Of a DNA stretch of 50,489 bases, positions 1 through 10,320 are shown in pieces. The notes beneath the pieces were generated by a model. It was not told the origin of the DNA. It searched no databases and saw only the letters and a program-made list of their open reading frames with translations. Each line of letters begins with the position of its first letter. Positions within the stretch are counted from its first letter, which is position 1. Origin of the DNA: an uncultured Pseudoalteromonas sp. (GTDB lineage Bacteria > Pseudomonadota > Gammaproteobacteria > Enterobacterales > Alteromonadaceae); NCBI GenBank assembly GCA_964564805.1, contig CAZMDX010000681.1, positions 1-50,489 of the forward strand. The letters run 5' to 3'. The translations under genes and the position numbers were made by a program.

Positions 1-1056
1 ATTTGGCATACACAAGCTATTGACGAGCAATCCGGTAAAACCTTTACCATACAATCAAAAGCAATCATTAATGCCTGCGGACCTATGGTTGATAAATTTA
101 ATGATGAAACCAAGCAGAAAACTGACCACAGTCATTTGTATTCAAAGGGCGTGCATTTAATTGTTAATAAGCTGACAAAAGTGGACAAAGTATTAGCCTT
201 CTTTGCATCCGACGGTCGTTTATTTTTCGTCATCCCAATGGGACAGAAAACCTGCATTGGCACAACCGATAATCAAGTCGAAAATCCAATAACATCAGTC
301 ACTGAAGAAGACCGAGACTTTATTCTTAATAACGTCAACGCACTGCTTGATTTGCCAAAGCCGCTAACCCGTGATGATATTATTTCTGAGCGATGGGGTG
401 TGCGCCCATTAGCAGTTAAAGGCACTGGAGGCAAAGCTGACTGGGTTCAATTATCTCGCAAGCACGCAGTTGATGTGAACAAAGAAGACAAGTACTTGAG
501 TATTTTTGGTGGCAAATTAACCGACTGTATCAATGTGGGTGAGGAAATTGCTGACCTCATCGAAGAATTAGGTATTAAACTGTTACATAAAGATGCCATT
601 TGGTACGGAGAATCTTCCAATGAAATGAAAAAAGAATTTGAGTACAGAGCCGGATTGATTGGCCTAGACGATTTAACACCAAGTTATAGTTCTGAAAAAC
701 TCACCGTTAGACTGTGGCGTCGTTATGACATTCATGCATTACAAATACTAGATGAAATTCAGCGAGATCCAACCCAAGCAGAACAACTAATGCCTAACGC
801 AGAATATTTGCGAGCCGAGGTGCGCTATGCAGCCAAAAGAGAGATGATCACAAACTTAGAAGATTTTTTACGTCGACGTTCTAAAATTGAAATGGTGCTG
901 AGAAAGACCGAAATTATCAATACGCCAAGCATTATTGAAGCCTGTCAAATTTTATTTGGTGACCAAGCAGAACAAAAGCGCCAAGAATATATTGATAACG
1001 TGCTACAAGACTATCCTAATGCATCCGTGGCTCAGCTAAAAAGTATAAGTGTATAA
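1..1056 (+). CDS. glpD: FAD-dependent glycerol-3-phosphate dehydrogenase/oxidase family, 5'-truncated by the window edge
   Basis: Frame is open from base 1 (IWHTQ...KAIINACGPMVD). Contains GlpD motifs SKGVHL, IGTTD, WGVRPL, SRKH, GGKLT and EDFLRRRS. Confidence 0.8.
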   Translation: MWHTQAIDEQSGKTFTIQSKAIINACGPMVDKFNDETKQKTDHSHLYSKGVHLIVNKLTKVDKVLAFFASDGRLFFVIPMGQKTCIGTTDNQVENPITSVTEEDRDFILNNVNALLDLPKPLTRDDIISERWGVRPLAVKGTGGKADWVQLSRKHAVDVNKEDKYLSIFGGKLTDCINVGEEIADLIEELGIKLLHKDAIWYGESSNEMKKEFEYRAGLIGLDDLTPSYSSEKLTVRLWRRYDIHALQILDEIQRDPTQAEQLMPNAEYLRAEVRYAAKREMITNLEDFLRRRSKIEMVLRKTEIINTPSIIEACQILFGDQAEQKRQEYIDNVLQDYPNASVAQLKSISV

Positions 1057-1064
1057 CGTCAACT

Positions 1065-1086
1065 AACACATCAAACACATCAAACA
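1065..1086. repeat. 9-bp tandem duplication (AACACATCA)x2 plus AACA
   Basis: Read directly in the glpD-fbaA spacer. Confidence 0.7.
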
Positions 1087-1121
1087 GTCCGAAATCGAGT
1101 AAAACTTACATCACCCTTAGT

Positions 1122-1876
1122 GTGATTGCTGAGGACGAGTTTCAGTCATTGTTTACCTCACCGGCAGTGACTGTTAACGGCAGCGATACTATTAATGCTG
1201 GACTGGAAACCGCTAGCGAGATTAGCTCGCCAGCGATTGTTCAGTTTTCTGGCAGAGGTGTCGCATTTTACGTAGGCAAGGGTTTGATTAACGATAATTT
1301 ATGTGACGCTATCGCTGGCGACTTCTCCGGGGTAAAGCACGTTCATGATTTATCAGCAACTTATGGTGTCACAGTAGTGACACGCACTGATCATGCTGCC
1401 AGAAAATGGTTACCTTGAATAGACGGTTTGCTAGACGCAATCGAAGTCCATTATAATGAGCACGGCAAGCCGCTTTCCACTCCCCATATGCTCAATTTGT
1501 CTGAAGAGCCGATCAAACAAAATATTGGAACAGGTAAACATTATGTAGAACGCATGAGCCGTATTGGCATGACGCTGGAAATCGAGCTCAGCATTACTAT
1601 GGTGAACAGGACGGCGTCGTTTATTGCGACGTGGACAGTTCACGCTTATGCACTCAGTCAGAAGCGATCGCCCATTCTTATGGGCAGCTTGGCAACGTCA
1701 ACAATCGATTTACCAAAGCGGCTGCTTTTGGAAATGTGCACAGCGTTTATAGTTCTGGCAATGTTGGATCGCCTCAAGCCTCTCTAAAAAAACCGTATCA
1801 AGAAGTCAGTCATAGCCTTTACCAGCAATGTCTTTGTTATCTTACGGCCTATGCTGTCAGAGGTTCCAGTGACTAA
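1122..1876 (+). pseudogene. fbaA: Class II fructose-bisphosphate aldolase pseudogene
   Basis: Three ORF fragments join into FbaA: PAVTV..DTINA.LETA..IVQFS..GKG, TDHAARKWLP*IDGLLDA, HMLNLSEE, ERMSRIGMTLEIEL, GEQDGV, RFTKAAAFGNVH. Lesions: TGA at 1416-1418 in place of Trp, a frameshift near 1599-1600, loss of FHGG, and a missing C-terminus. Confidence 0.9.
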
Positions 1877-2128
1877 GGCTAGTTTTTTTGTTAATTATAT
1901 CGGACATAATAAAAGCTTCATTTTTTTGTTTAGGCATTTAACGTGAAAATTGTACAAACGAATCAAAGTGACGCAGAGGTGCATCTTTACTAAAGCATTA
2001 CACTCACCTTGTTTTTTCAACGTCCTGGAAAAACCTAATCAATATTATACAACCATCACAGACTTATAGGGGATTCTGGGTTCGCTAACCATAAAGCCCG
2101 TCGCAGTCATAGTTGGCTTAATGTGCGT

Positions 2129-2810
2129 TTATTCAGACACCGCCACCTCGACCGCACCGTTCGAATGACACCGTGATAAGACTAAACGTCTGTCTCGGAA
2201 TTCCATAATTCAGCGGTCAACGCACTTGCTGATGAAACCCTGACAATTGAGGGTTCGTCAGTCCATATCATTTTCAATGTTGTTGTTCGACTATCGGTAT
2301 ATTCTGGACCATGTTCAGCGTTTACGAGAACCCATAGGCTTTTTGATGTGTGTTGGTGGAAGCAATAAGATAACTATGAGGCATACTGTTGCTACTGAGT
2401 GATTTCAAGCTACCACTAAAAGAGGATCCGAATGGCTTGTTGAATGTTTGAGTTTTCATAAAAATGGGTGACAAAAAACGTATTCCTTACTCTATTCATC
2501 TACGCATCAACATTGTAGCGTACAGGATATTTAGTGTTAAATAATGCAGTAACAGATTGGGTATCACGCAATTCGTTGATAGAAGCCAATTTAATACTAC
2601 CAAGGTCAAAACTATTTGCAGGATGAGGGATCACAGGTATTGAATAATAACGCCATTGTTTGGTATCAGTTTATATCGACAACCAGAGGCAGACTCTTCA
2701 ATATCGTCGGTAATTTCTATCAGATTTTCAACACCGTAAATGTTGATATGCAAAGCAGAATATTGTCCATAACAAAGACAACTTCCAGAAAGAAGTCGGG
2801 AAAAGGGCAA
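2129..2810 (-). pseudogene. Probable remnant of a glycoside hydrolase family 98 C-terminal region
   Basis: Hand translation across frameshifts and stops gives LIPNNG/YYSIPVIPH...ALFNTKYPVRYNVDA*MNRVRNTFFVTHFYENSNIQQ.../MPHSYLIA.../LWVLVNAEH..YTDSRTTTLKM..P.IVRVS...ELWNSET/...HSNGAVEVAVSE*. The motif order matches my recollection of the GH98 C-terminal domain. The 5' boundary is approximate. Confidence 0.55.
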
Positions 2811-2913
2811 AAAAAATACGTATGCAAAGTTAAAAATCCGTACCGATCTTACCGAGTGGTTGTATCGTTTATTTAAATCACTCGCTTTTTTCAGATGATT
2901 TTGTAACTATGAA

Positions 2914-4131
2914 TTAAAGCATGCCTGCAGCACTGAGTATTATGCGAATACCTAAACCTGCGGTAACTATTACTACCACTACACCCAATGTATTACCTAG
3001 CCATGTATTAACATATTGACCTAATTGTTTTTTCTGATTCATCACAACCAGCAAAAATATGGCCACTATAGGTAGCAATAAGCCATTAGCAAACTGCGCG
3101 GCCAGTATAATGCTGATGGGTTTGATACCCGTTAGCGCGATGGCTGCACCACTGCAAATTACGCTTAGGGCAATGAGTTTAAAGATACGTGATGAAGTGC
3201 CACCTTTGATCCCTAATATTTCTGTCACAGCGTATGCTGTAGCTAAAGGGGCTGTGATTGAACTACTTAGACCTGCTGCAAAAAAGCCGACACCTAACAT
3301 GATCTTTGAAAACGACCCAAACAGCGGCTCCAATTGAATTGCCATGTCCCCGGCCCCTGATATATTCAGACCGCTTCCAAAAATACTTGCTGCGGCAGTA
3401 GAGGCTATCAATATGGTAATCAAACCACCCAGACCAATGGCGGTCGCATTATCTACACGAGCATGATTTAAATCATTCACCGATGACCACTTAGCTTTTA
3501 CTGCAGAGGCATGTAAAAATAAATTATAGGGCACTACAGTGGTACCAATCAGAGCGATAACGGTTAATAAGCTACCATCTGGAATATTGGGTGTGGTAAG
3601 TCCCTTAAAAAGAGCCGTTAAGTCTGGGCCTACTGAAATAAAAGTGGCAATAAATGCCAGTGCCATAAGTGCCACTAAGATGAGTAGCATACGCTCAATT
3701 TGTTTATATGATCCGCGCCATAATAAAATACCTGCCAAAAATGAAATGACTAACACAGACACACGATAAAGCGTTTGGCTTTGGTCTGTTAATGCTTCGA
3801 TACCTAATGCGGCACCAGATAAGTTGCCTGCTTCGTATGCAGCGTTACCTAGATATAAGGCCACCATAATTAAGCCAAACAATGGCCACTTCCAGACAGA
3901 TTGATTCAACATGATACGTAGTGTTTCGCCAAGACCTTGTTGGGTAACTAAGCCTAACCGAGCTGACATTTCTTGCAAAATAATGGTGGCGACGGTAGCA
4001 AAAAGCAGTGCCCACAGTAAAGTGTATCCATAATTCGCCCCTGCTAAGGTGCAAGCAGTGACTGTTCCTGGGCCAATAAAAGCAGCTGCTATTAATGCGC
4101 CTGGACCGACATTTTTGATACGTTTTAACAT
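2914..4131 (-). CDS. NRAMP-family (YcsG-like) transporter, candidate 5-oxoproline importer
   Basis: Has GPGALIAAAFIGPGT, GA.YGYTLLW, QEMSARLG.VT..GL and IGTTVVPYNLFLH, with about 11 hydrophobic segments. It lies 45 bp downstream of the oxoprolinase on the same strand. Confidence 0.8.
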   Translation of the reverse strand: MLKRIKNVGPGALIAAAFIGPGTVTACTLAGANYGYTLLWALLFATVATIILQEMSARLGLVTQQGLGETLRIMLNQSVWKWPLFGLIMVALYLGNAAYEAGNLSGAALGIEALTDQSQTLYRVSVLVISFLAGILLWRGSYKQIERMLLILVALMALAFIATFISVGPDLTALFKGLTTPNIPDGSLLTVIALIGTTVVPYNLFLHASAVKAKWSSVNDLNHARVDNATAIGLGGLITILIASTAAASIFGSGLNISGAGDMAIQLEPLFGSFSKIMLGVGFFAAGLSSSITAPLATAYAVTEILGIKGGTSSRIFKLIALSVICSGAAIALTGIKPISIILAAQFANGLLLPIVAIFLLVVMNQKKQLGQYVNTWLGNTLGVVVVIVTAGLGIRIILSAAGML

Positions 4132-4176
4132 AAGATTTTACTTACTTTGTTTTTTATTTTTTGATGGGCGGTCACA

Positions 4177-7100
4177 TCACTCATCGGCTTTTCCAAAACC
4201 TCCACCTGTGGGTGATTGAATAGAAATGCTGTCCCCTGCGTTAACACCAGTATGCTCACACCCTGCTAAATCTTGCTGTTCTTTGTTAGGTTTCGTTAAC
4301 CAATTACGTCCAAGTCTTCCGACTTCGCCACCTTTAAGGCCAAATGGTGGAGTTATTCGGTGTCCTGATAAAATGGAGCACTGCATATCTTCTAAAAAAG
4401 TAATAGTACGGGTAATACCATCTCCAGCATTGTATAGGCCTTTACCACCTGAATCGCGGTCAATTCTGAATTCTTTGAGGATCACTGGGTAACGTTGTTC
4501 TAGTATTTCAGGATCGGTCATACGGGTATTTGTCATATGAGTATGGACCGCAGCGACACCGTTAAAACCTTCTCCTGTGGAGCTTATTCCTGCGGGACTG
4601 CCAGAACAGATTGTCTCGTAATACTGATAACGTTCATTGCCAAAGGTGAGATTATTCATAGTGCCTTGGCTTGAACCTAATACACCCAAGGCTGCAAAGA
4701 GGGCATTGGTCACCGCTTGACTAGTTTCAACATTACCTGCCACCACCGCTGCAGGGAAACGTGGATTAAGTAACGAGCCCTCAGGCACAATAATATCTAG
4801 TGCTTGCATGCAGCCTGCGTTAAGTGGGACATCATCGTTAACTAAACATCTAAATACATACATTACAGCCGCCTGAGTGATGGCCTTAGGCGCGTTTAGG
4901 TTATTGTTTTGTTGCGCGCTGGTGCCAGTAAAGTCAATAGTTGCGCGCAATTTGACCTTATCAATAGTGATTTTGACCATTATGGTTGCGCCAGATTCTA
5001 ACGGGTAGTTAAAATTGCCATCTTCTAACCTAGCCAGCAATTTTTGTACTGAGGTTTTGGCGCTATCTTGAATATGTTGCATATAAGCATAAACAGTTTT
5101 AAGACTATGCTGTTCGACCAGCTTCAGTAATTCATTCACACCTGTTTTATTAGCGGCAGTTTGCGCCATTAAATCAGCCATATTTTGGACAATATTTCTG
5201 GCTGGGTACGCACCTGAAGAAAATAGTTTTTCAATCCGTTCAGCTTGAAATTGTCCTTTTTCAACCAGTTTTACGCTGTCTAGCAGTATGCCTTCTTGGT
5301 GAATGTCGGTCGCAAGTGAAGACATTGAACCCGGTGCAATGCCACCAACATCTTCATGATGGGCGCGACTGGCGACATAAAACAAAATATTGGTGTTAAC
5401 TGAGTCGAACACTGGGGTAATAACTGTGATGTCAGGTAGATGAGAGCCCCCATTATAGGGATTATTTTGAACAAACACATCGCCTGCATTGATGGATTGT
5501 GTACCATTAATGACTACTTTGACACTGGCATCCATCGAGCCCAGATGTACTGGCACATGTGGTGCGTTGGCAATCAAGTTCCCAATGGCATCAAAAATGG
5601 CGCATGAAAAATCCAAACGTTCTTTAACGTTCACTGACTGTGACGTATTACGCAGCACTATACCCATTTGCTGCGCGATGCTCATAAAGGCACTATTAAA
5701 TAGTTCCAGGGCGACAGGGTCTGCTGTGACGAGAATGTTTTCCTTTGGAGATGGTGATGTTCCTAGGTCTAATGCAGTTTTGATTTTCTTAAAATGAAGT
5801 ACCAAATGGCCGTTAACATTGACCTTTACTCGCCAGTTTTTCTCAACAATGATGGTACCGGTTGGTTCTACAATAATCGCTGGGCCTATTACTTCATGGC
5901 CAAACCTAAGTGATGACAGCCGTATTACGGGGGTTTCTAACCACTGTCCTTGACTATAAATTTGCCTAACAGTTTGTATTTTTATAGGTAAGTTGCTGGC
6001 TAATGTCTGTTTGGCTTCTTCGGTTTTTTCAGCGCCACCGAAAGATTCAACAATTAAAGTATCAATCAATATGGCCTTGTTGGCCGCATTGGAGTGTGTT
6101 TCAACAGACTGAGCCCCACTAAAGCCAAATTGTTGTTCATGCTGTTCTATAAAACGTTGTTGCATAGAGGTAAAAGTATCTAATGGTATGTTAAGGCTGG
6201 TATCGGTATTGCGATATTTGAGCAAAGCAGTGCAGTGGTGGGTGATTTGGTTATTGCGCAACCCCTGCCTATTTAAATCTTCAATATTAGTTTGTTTAAG
6301 TTGGTCAATAGCAGTATCGATGGCGTGAATGTCACCATTTTGAATAAGTGGGCCTGCTACTTTCTGGCGTTCCACTTGTATATTGGCCAGTCCCATACCA
6401 TAAGCCGATAATATGCCAGAATAGCTATGCAAAAATATGGTTTTAATACCTAACTTTTCAGCTACTAAACAGGCGTGTTGTCCACCTGCACCACCAAAAC
6501 AATTTAGCACGTAGTTGGATACGTCATAACCACGTGCAATTGATATCTTTTTAATGGCTTGCGCCATATGTTGAACAGCAATCGCCAAAAAACCTTCCGC
6601 TACGTCTTCAGCGCATCGACCATCGTTAATTTCATCAGCGATGTCAGCAAAGGCTTTTATCGAGCTTATTTTATCCAAAGGTTGGTTTTGCTGTGTGCCA
6701 AAAATATGAGGAAAAAAATCTGCCTGAATTTTGCCTAAACATAGGTTAATGTCAGTCACAGCAAGTTTGCCATTACGTCTGTAACATATTGGACCCGGAA
6801 CGGCACCCGCAGACTTGGGGCCTACACGAAAGCGTCCATCTTGATAACGTAAGATGGATCCACCACCAGCAGCTACAGTATGTATATGTAACATAGGCAC
6901 ACGCATACGCACCCCAGCAACTTCAGTTTCGTAGGCTTTTTCAAACTCGCCTGCGTAGTGAGACACATCAGTGGAGGTGCCGCCCATATCAAAACCAATG
7001 ATTTTCTCAAATCCTGCTTGTTTAGCGGTGTGGACTGCACCCACTATGCCGCCTGCAGGACCAGATAAAATCGCATCTCGTCCACGGAACGTATCTGCGC

Positions 7101-7866
7101 TAGTTAGGCCCCCCGATGACTGCATAAATAATAATTGGGTTGGTTTTTTTTGATTAAGCCCTTTACTAATATTTCGTATGTATCTTAATAGTATAGGGGT
7201 GAGGTAAGCATCCACTAAAGTGGTTTCACCTCTGGAAATTAGTTTTTGTAAAGGGCTGACGTCATGGCTAGCTGAAATTTGTTTAAAGCCAATTTCTTTG
7301 GCTAATTCTATTAGTTGTTTTTCATGCTGACTGAACTGATAACCATGCATTAGCACTATTGCTATGCTCGTTAGACCTTGGTTAAAGGCACTTTCCAATA
7401 CTTTTTTGGTTAATTCAGTATTTAGCGCTTGTAAAATTTCACCTTTTGCCGTGATTCTCTCATTTATTTCGACTACCTGAGTATAGAGAATATCTGGTTT
7501 TTCAATTTTTAAAGCAAAGGTATCGGGGCGTGCTTGGTAACCGATTTCAAGTGCATCCTTAAAACCCTTGGTAATCGCTAATAATACGTTGTCACCTTTT
7601 CGTTCTAATAAAGCATTAGTTGCAACCGTGGTCCCCATTTTGATTTTGTCAATTAGGTCATCAGGCACAGGATCGGATTGGTGGATATCCAGAATTGATT
7701 TAATACCAAACACAGCAGCATCGTCATAAGCTTCTGGATTTTCAGATAGATATTTTTTGCATAGCAGTGTGCCATCTGGACGCCGCGCAATAATATCTGT
7801 GAAAGTGCCACCGCGATCAATCCAAAATTGCCAGTTTTTATAAGGTGTATGAAAGTCTGAAGTCAT
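4177..7866 (-). CDS. oplA: 5-oxoprolinase (ATP-hydrolysing), fused hydantoinase A/B, eukaryote OPLAH-type
   Basis: 1229 aa with [96 protein letters not shown] and PTGGGFG. Confidence 0.9.
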   Translation of the reverse strand: MTSDFHTPYKNWQFWIDRGGTFTDIIARRPDGTLLCKKYLSENPEAYDDAAVFGIKSILDIHQSDPVPDDLIDKIKMGTTVATNALLERKGDNVLLAITKGFKDALEIGYQARPDTFALKIEKPDILYTQVVEINERITAKGEILQALNTELTKKVLESAFNQGLTSIAIVLMHGYQFSQHEKQLIELAKEIGFKQISASHDVSPLQKLISRGETTLVDAYLTPILLRYIRNISKGLNQKKPTQLLFMQSSGGLTSADTFRGRDAILSGPAGGIVGAVHTAKQAGFEKIIGFDMGGTSTDVSHYAGEFEKAYETEVAGVRMRVPMLHIHTVAAGGGSILRYQDGRFRVGPKSAGAVPGPICYRRNGKLAVTDINLCLGKIQADFFPHIFGTQQNQPLDKISSIKAFADIADEINDGRCAEDVAEGFLAIAVQHMAQAIKKISIARGYDVSNYVLNCFGGAGGQHACLVAEKLGIKTIFLHSYSGILSAYGMGLANIQVERQKVAGPLIQNGDIHAIDTAIDQLKQTNIEDLNRQGLRNNQITHHCTALLKYRNTDTSLNIPLDTFTSMQQRFIEQHEQQFGFSGAQSVETHSNAANKAILIDTLIVESFGGAEKTEEAKQTLASNLPIKIQTVRQIYSQGQWLETPVIRLSSLRFGHEVIGPAIIVEPTGTIIVEKNWRVKVNVNGHLVLHFKKIKTALDLGTSPSPKENILVTADPVALELFNSAFMSIAQQMGIVLRNTSQSVNVKERLDFSCAIFDAIGNLIANAPHVPVHLGSMDASVKVVINGTQSINAGDVFVQNNPYNGGSHLPDITVITPVFDSVNTNILFYVASRAHHEDVGGIAPGSMSSLATDIHQEGILLDSVKLVEKGQFQAERIEKLFSSGAYPARNIVQNMADLMAQTAANKTGVNELLKLVEQHSLKTVYAYMQHIQDSAKTSVQKLLARLEDGNFNYPLESGATIMVKITIDKVKLRATIDFTGTSAQQNNNLNAPKAITQAAVMYVFRCLVNDDVPLNAGCMQALDIIVPEGSLLNPRFPAAVVAGNVETSQAVTNALFAALGVLGSSQGTMNNLTFGNERYQYYETICSGSPAGISSTGEGFNGVAAVHTHMTNTRMTDPEILEQRYPVILKEFRIDRDSGGKGLYNAGDGITRTITFLEDMQCSILSGHRITPPFGLKGGEVGRLGRNWLTKPNKEQQDLAGCEHTGVNAGDSISIQSPTGGGFGKADE

Positions 7867-7909
7867 TAGATATGCAGTTGAGTTACTTAATTGCGATTAT
7901 GCCAGACCT

Positions 7910-7943
7910 TATTTTTTTATCTATTAACTTAGATAAAAAAATA
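7910..7943. promoter_or_regulatory. Perfect 14-bp inverted repeat upstream of oplA, candidate operator
   Basis: TATTTTTTTATCTA-ttaact-TAGATAAAAAAATA, 44-77 bp upstream of the oplA ATG. Confidence 0.5.
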
Positions 7944-8334
7944 TAAAAGTAGGCGTAAACGTTATGATCATTATCACAGGTGATTTGTGAACTAAGGATG
8001 GCAGGATGCATCAAGCTATACAGGTCTGTCAAAAACATGTGCTCACTCGCATAACAAGACAAGCTACATAAACCATGCTGTGTATCAAGATCATGAAATT
8101 ACTTTATTTTTATTCTTTATGAATAATAAGAAAATAGGACATGTATTTTGCTCATTTTGTATCACCTAGTTTCAAGATGTTGTCTGAAAAGTGGAAACAT
8201 TAATTTTTGAATCACCTAATTTGTATGTTTTTAATGCTGAAAAATTAAATAAATAGTTATTTAAACCTATTTGATATTTTTGGCGACATAAAAAACAGCA
8301 ACACACCCTCACAAAAACTAGAAAGGATCTCGTC

Positions 8335-8913
8335 ATGAAAAAATCAACAATTGTTTGTTTAGTATTATTAGTAACACTTCTCAGCCAAGAAATTTTTGCC
8401 GACGTTTGGACCAGTGACAAATTCAGTAAGACGTTACACTTGGCTTTGGCTGATGATTCTATTGCTCAGCTTTACATTGATGCAGGTGCTGGTGATTTAA
8501 AGATAACGGGTAAAGCAGGTCAGCTAGAGATCACGGTTATTGCTAAGGTGTTTGGTGAAAAGTTGAATGAAGATGAATATGTTCTCAGCCTTCAAAAAGA
8601 TGGTGACAAAGCGCGACTGATTGCTCAATTTAATGACAACATATATAACAATCAAAGAATTGATCTGGAGATCAGCATGCCACCCACTTTGGCTCTGTTA
8701 GTAGATGATAGGTCTGGTGACATCTTAATTGAATCTATTAGTAATGGGCTCACCTTAAATGACCGCTCTGGTGGGATCGATCTAAAAGGCGTAGTGGGTG
8801 ACGTAAATATTAATGATTCTTCAGGCGATATTCACGCAAAAAACATATCTGGTGTCGTCATAGTTGCTGACAGTTCTGGTGATATCAGTATCAACGGTGC
8901 TGCTGATTTTTAA
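8335..8913 (+). CDS. Exported DUF4097-like beta-strand repeat protein, apparently truncated by a frameshift (intact end would be 8974)
   Basis: Signal peptide and repeated D.SGDI units. One more unit (KLKNDGSGDISLRNIKRNLK*) follows in the +1 frame after the T5 run at 8907-8911. Confidence 0.7.
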   Translation: MKKSTIVCLVLLVTLLSQEIFADVWTSDKFSKTLHLALADDSIAQLYIDAGAGDLKITGKAGQLEITVIAKVFGEKLNEDEYVLSLQKDGDKARLIAQFNDNIYNNQRIDLEISMPPTLALLVDDRSGDILIESISNGLTLNDRSGGIDLKGVVGDVNINDSSGDIHAKNISGVVIVADSSGDISINGAADF

Positions 8914-9029
8914 ATTAAAGAATGACGGTTCTGGCGATATTAGTTTACGAAATATTAAAAGGAACTTAAAATAGTTATTACTTTTTGGGCACTAGGCACC
9001 GTAAATACTCCTCTTAGTTAGAGGCCAGA

Positions 9030-10217
9030 TTAGCCTGCTATAACTCGATTGCGGCCCTGTTTTTTTGCTTGGTATAAAGCATCATCTGCACGTTTCAAGG
9101 CACTTTCTATGTTGGTTTCTTGTTTGTTCCATTTTGATACCCCTGCACTAGCAGTAATTTCAATAGTTAATTTATCCGTTAAAGTAGGTGAGTTGGTAAT
9201 AGAGTTACGAATTTTTTCGGCTAGTTTGATAGCTTCTGACATTGATGTCTCAGGTAACAGTATCAAAAATTCTTCACCGCCAAAACGAAACACGGAGTCA
9301 GAGTTTCGGCAGTTTTTATGGATCGTACCGGCGACACGTTGAATAACTTTATCGCCCAGATCGTGACCATATTTATCGTTGATAGACTTAAATAAGTCTA
9401 TATCAAAACTTATTACCGATAAATCAGAATGATAACGTCTGCTGATCGCAACGAGCTGTTTGGCTAAAATCGCAAAGGAGCGTCGATTCAGTAAATTCGT
9501 TAAATAGTCATGGTTGGCTTCTTCATATAAATTTTTAGAATATCGATTAGATCTTATAGATAGCGGGGTAATAAAAAATAACCCCTCAATAAGAATGGTC
9601 AGTATAATAATAATTAATATTAGTTGCTGGGTGGTGCGTAGCTGTTGAATTTTCTGATTACTTTCTACTTCATATTGTTTTACCGTAATATTGAAACTAT
9701 TTAGCATCTGCTCCTTGGCCATAAGTAAAAAGATTGAACTTTCAAGGTTACTTTGAGTATCTAACGGTGTGATTGGACTATCTAGTAATTGTTTGATTAA
9801 TGAAGAAAATTCAGTCATTTTTCGTTCAATATTGTGAGGTTCTGAAAAATATAGTGCATACATAGGTTTTGAAAGTGGAGATTCTAGATTTTGTTTTAAT
9901 TTTTCAAAATGTTCTTTAAGCAGATATTGGTGATTTCTGTGCATTTTGTTCAGGGCAGTTAGTGCTTTGTTTTTGTCGGTAACAAACCCCCTTGCGATAT
10001 ATTCATTAATATGCAAAACAGTGCGTTGCGACAACATACGTTGCTGACCACTGACATTAATAAGTTTGCCAGATACATTTTGCTCAATAATGATTTTATC
10101 CAGTGTAAAATGCACAAAGATAGATAAAACAGCAATAATTGTTAGCGAAACAACATAGGTTAATGTCATTGTGTGAGCAGGATTCAAAATCCACTTAAGA
10201 CTGAGTTGTTTTTCCAT
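9030..10217 (-). CDS. Diguanylate cyclase with NarX/PilJ-type periplasmic sensor domain
   Basis: Two TM segments flank a P-box-like INVSGQQRMLSQR. The GGDEF domain has DYLTNLLNRR, DIDLFKSINDKYGH..GD, an RNSD I-site, RFGGEEF and ADDALYQAK..GRN. Confidence 0.9.
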   Translation of the reverse strand: MEKQLSLKWILNPAHTMTLTYVVSLTIIAVLSIFVHFTLDKIIIEQNVSGKLINVSGQQRMLSQRTVLHINEYIARGFVTDKNKALTALNKMHRNHQYLLKEHFEKLKQNLESPLSKPMYALYFSEPHNIERKMTEFSSLIKQLLDSPITPLDTQSNLESSIFLLMAKEQMLNSFNITVKQYEVESNQKIQQLRTTQQLILIIIILTILIEGLFFITPLSIRSNRYSKNLYEEANHDYLTNLLNRRSFAILAKQLVAISRRYHSDLSVISFDIDLFKSINDKYGHDLGDKVIQRVAGTIHKNCRNSDSVFRFGGEEFLILLPETSMSEAIKLAEKIRNSITNSPTLTDKLTIEITASAGVSKWNKQETNIESALKRADDALYQAKKQGRNRVIAG

Positions 10218-10320
10218 CTTGGAGTTCAGCTACTAACATGTCCATATTTAAACGAAATCATAACTAATTTTGTTCACATTCGCTTATGATATTTTATGTA
10301 ATTACAATCTGGAGAGTCAA

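Noticed and set aside
1975-2040. AGAGGTGC resembling the 5' end of a lysine riboswitch
   Set aside because: The downstream conserved elements (AGTA, GAAAGG, GCCGAA) are absent and no lysine gene follows.
2616-2876. 86-aa plus-strand ORF
   Set aside because: No recognisable motif. It is better explained as the antisense shadow of the GH98-like remnant.
2914-4131. Calling the transporter mntH
   Set aside because: The DPGN and MPH metal-binding motifs are replaced by GPGT and VPY.
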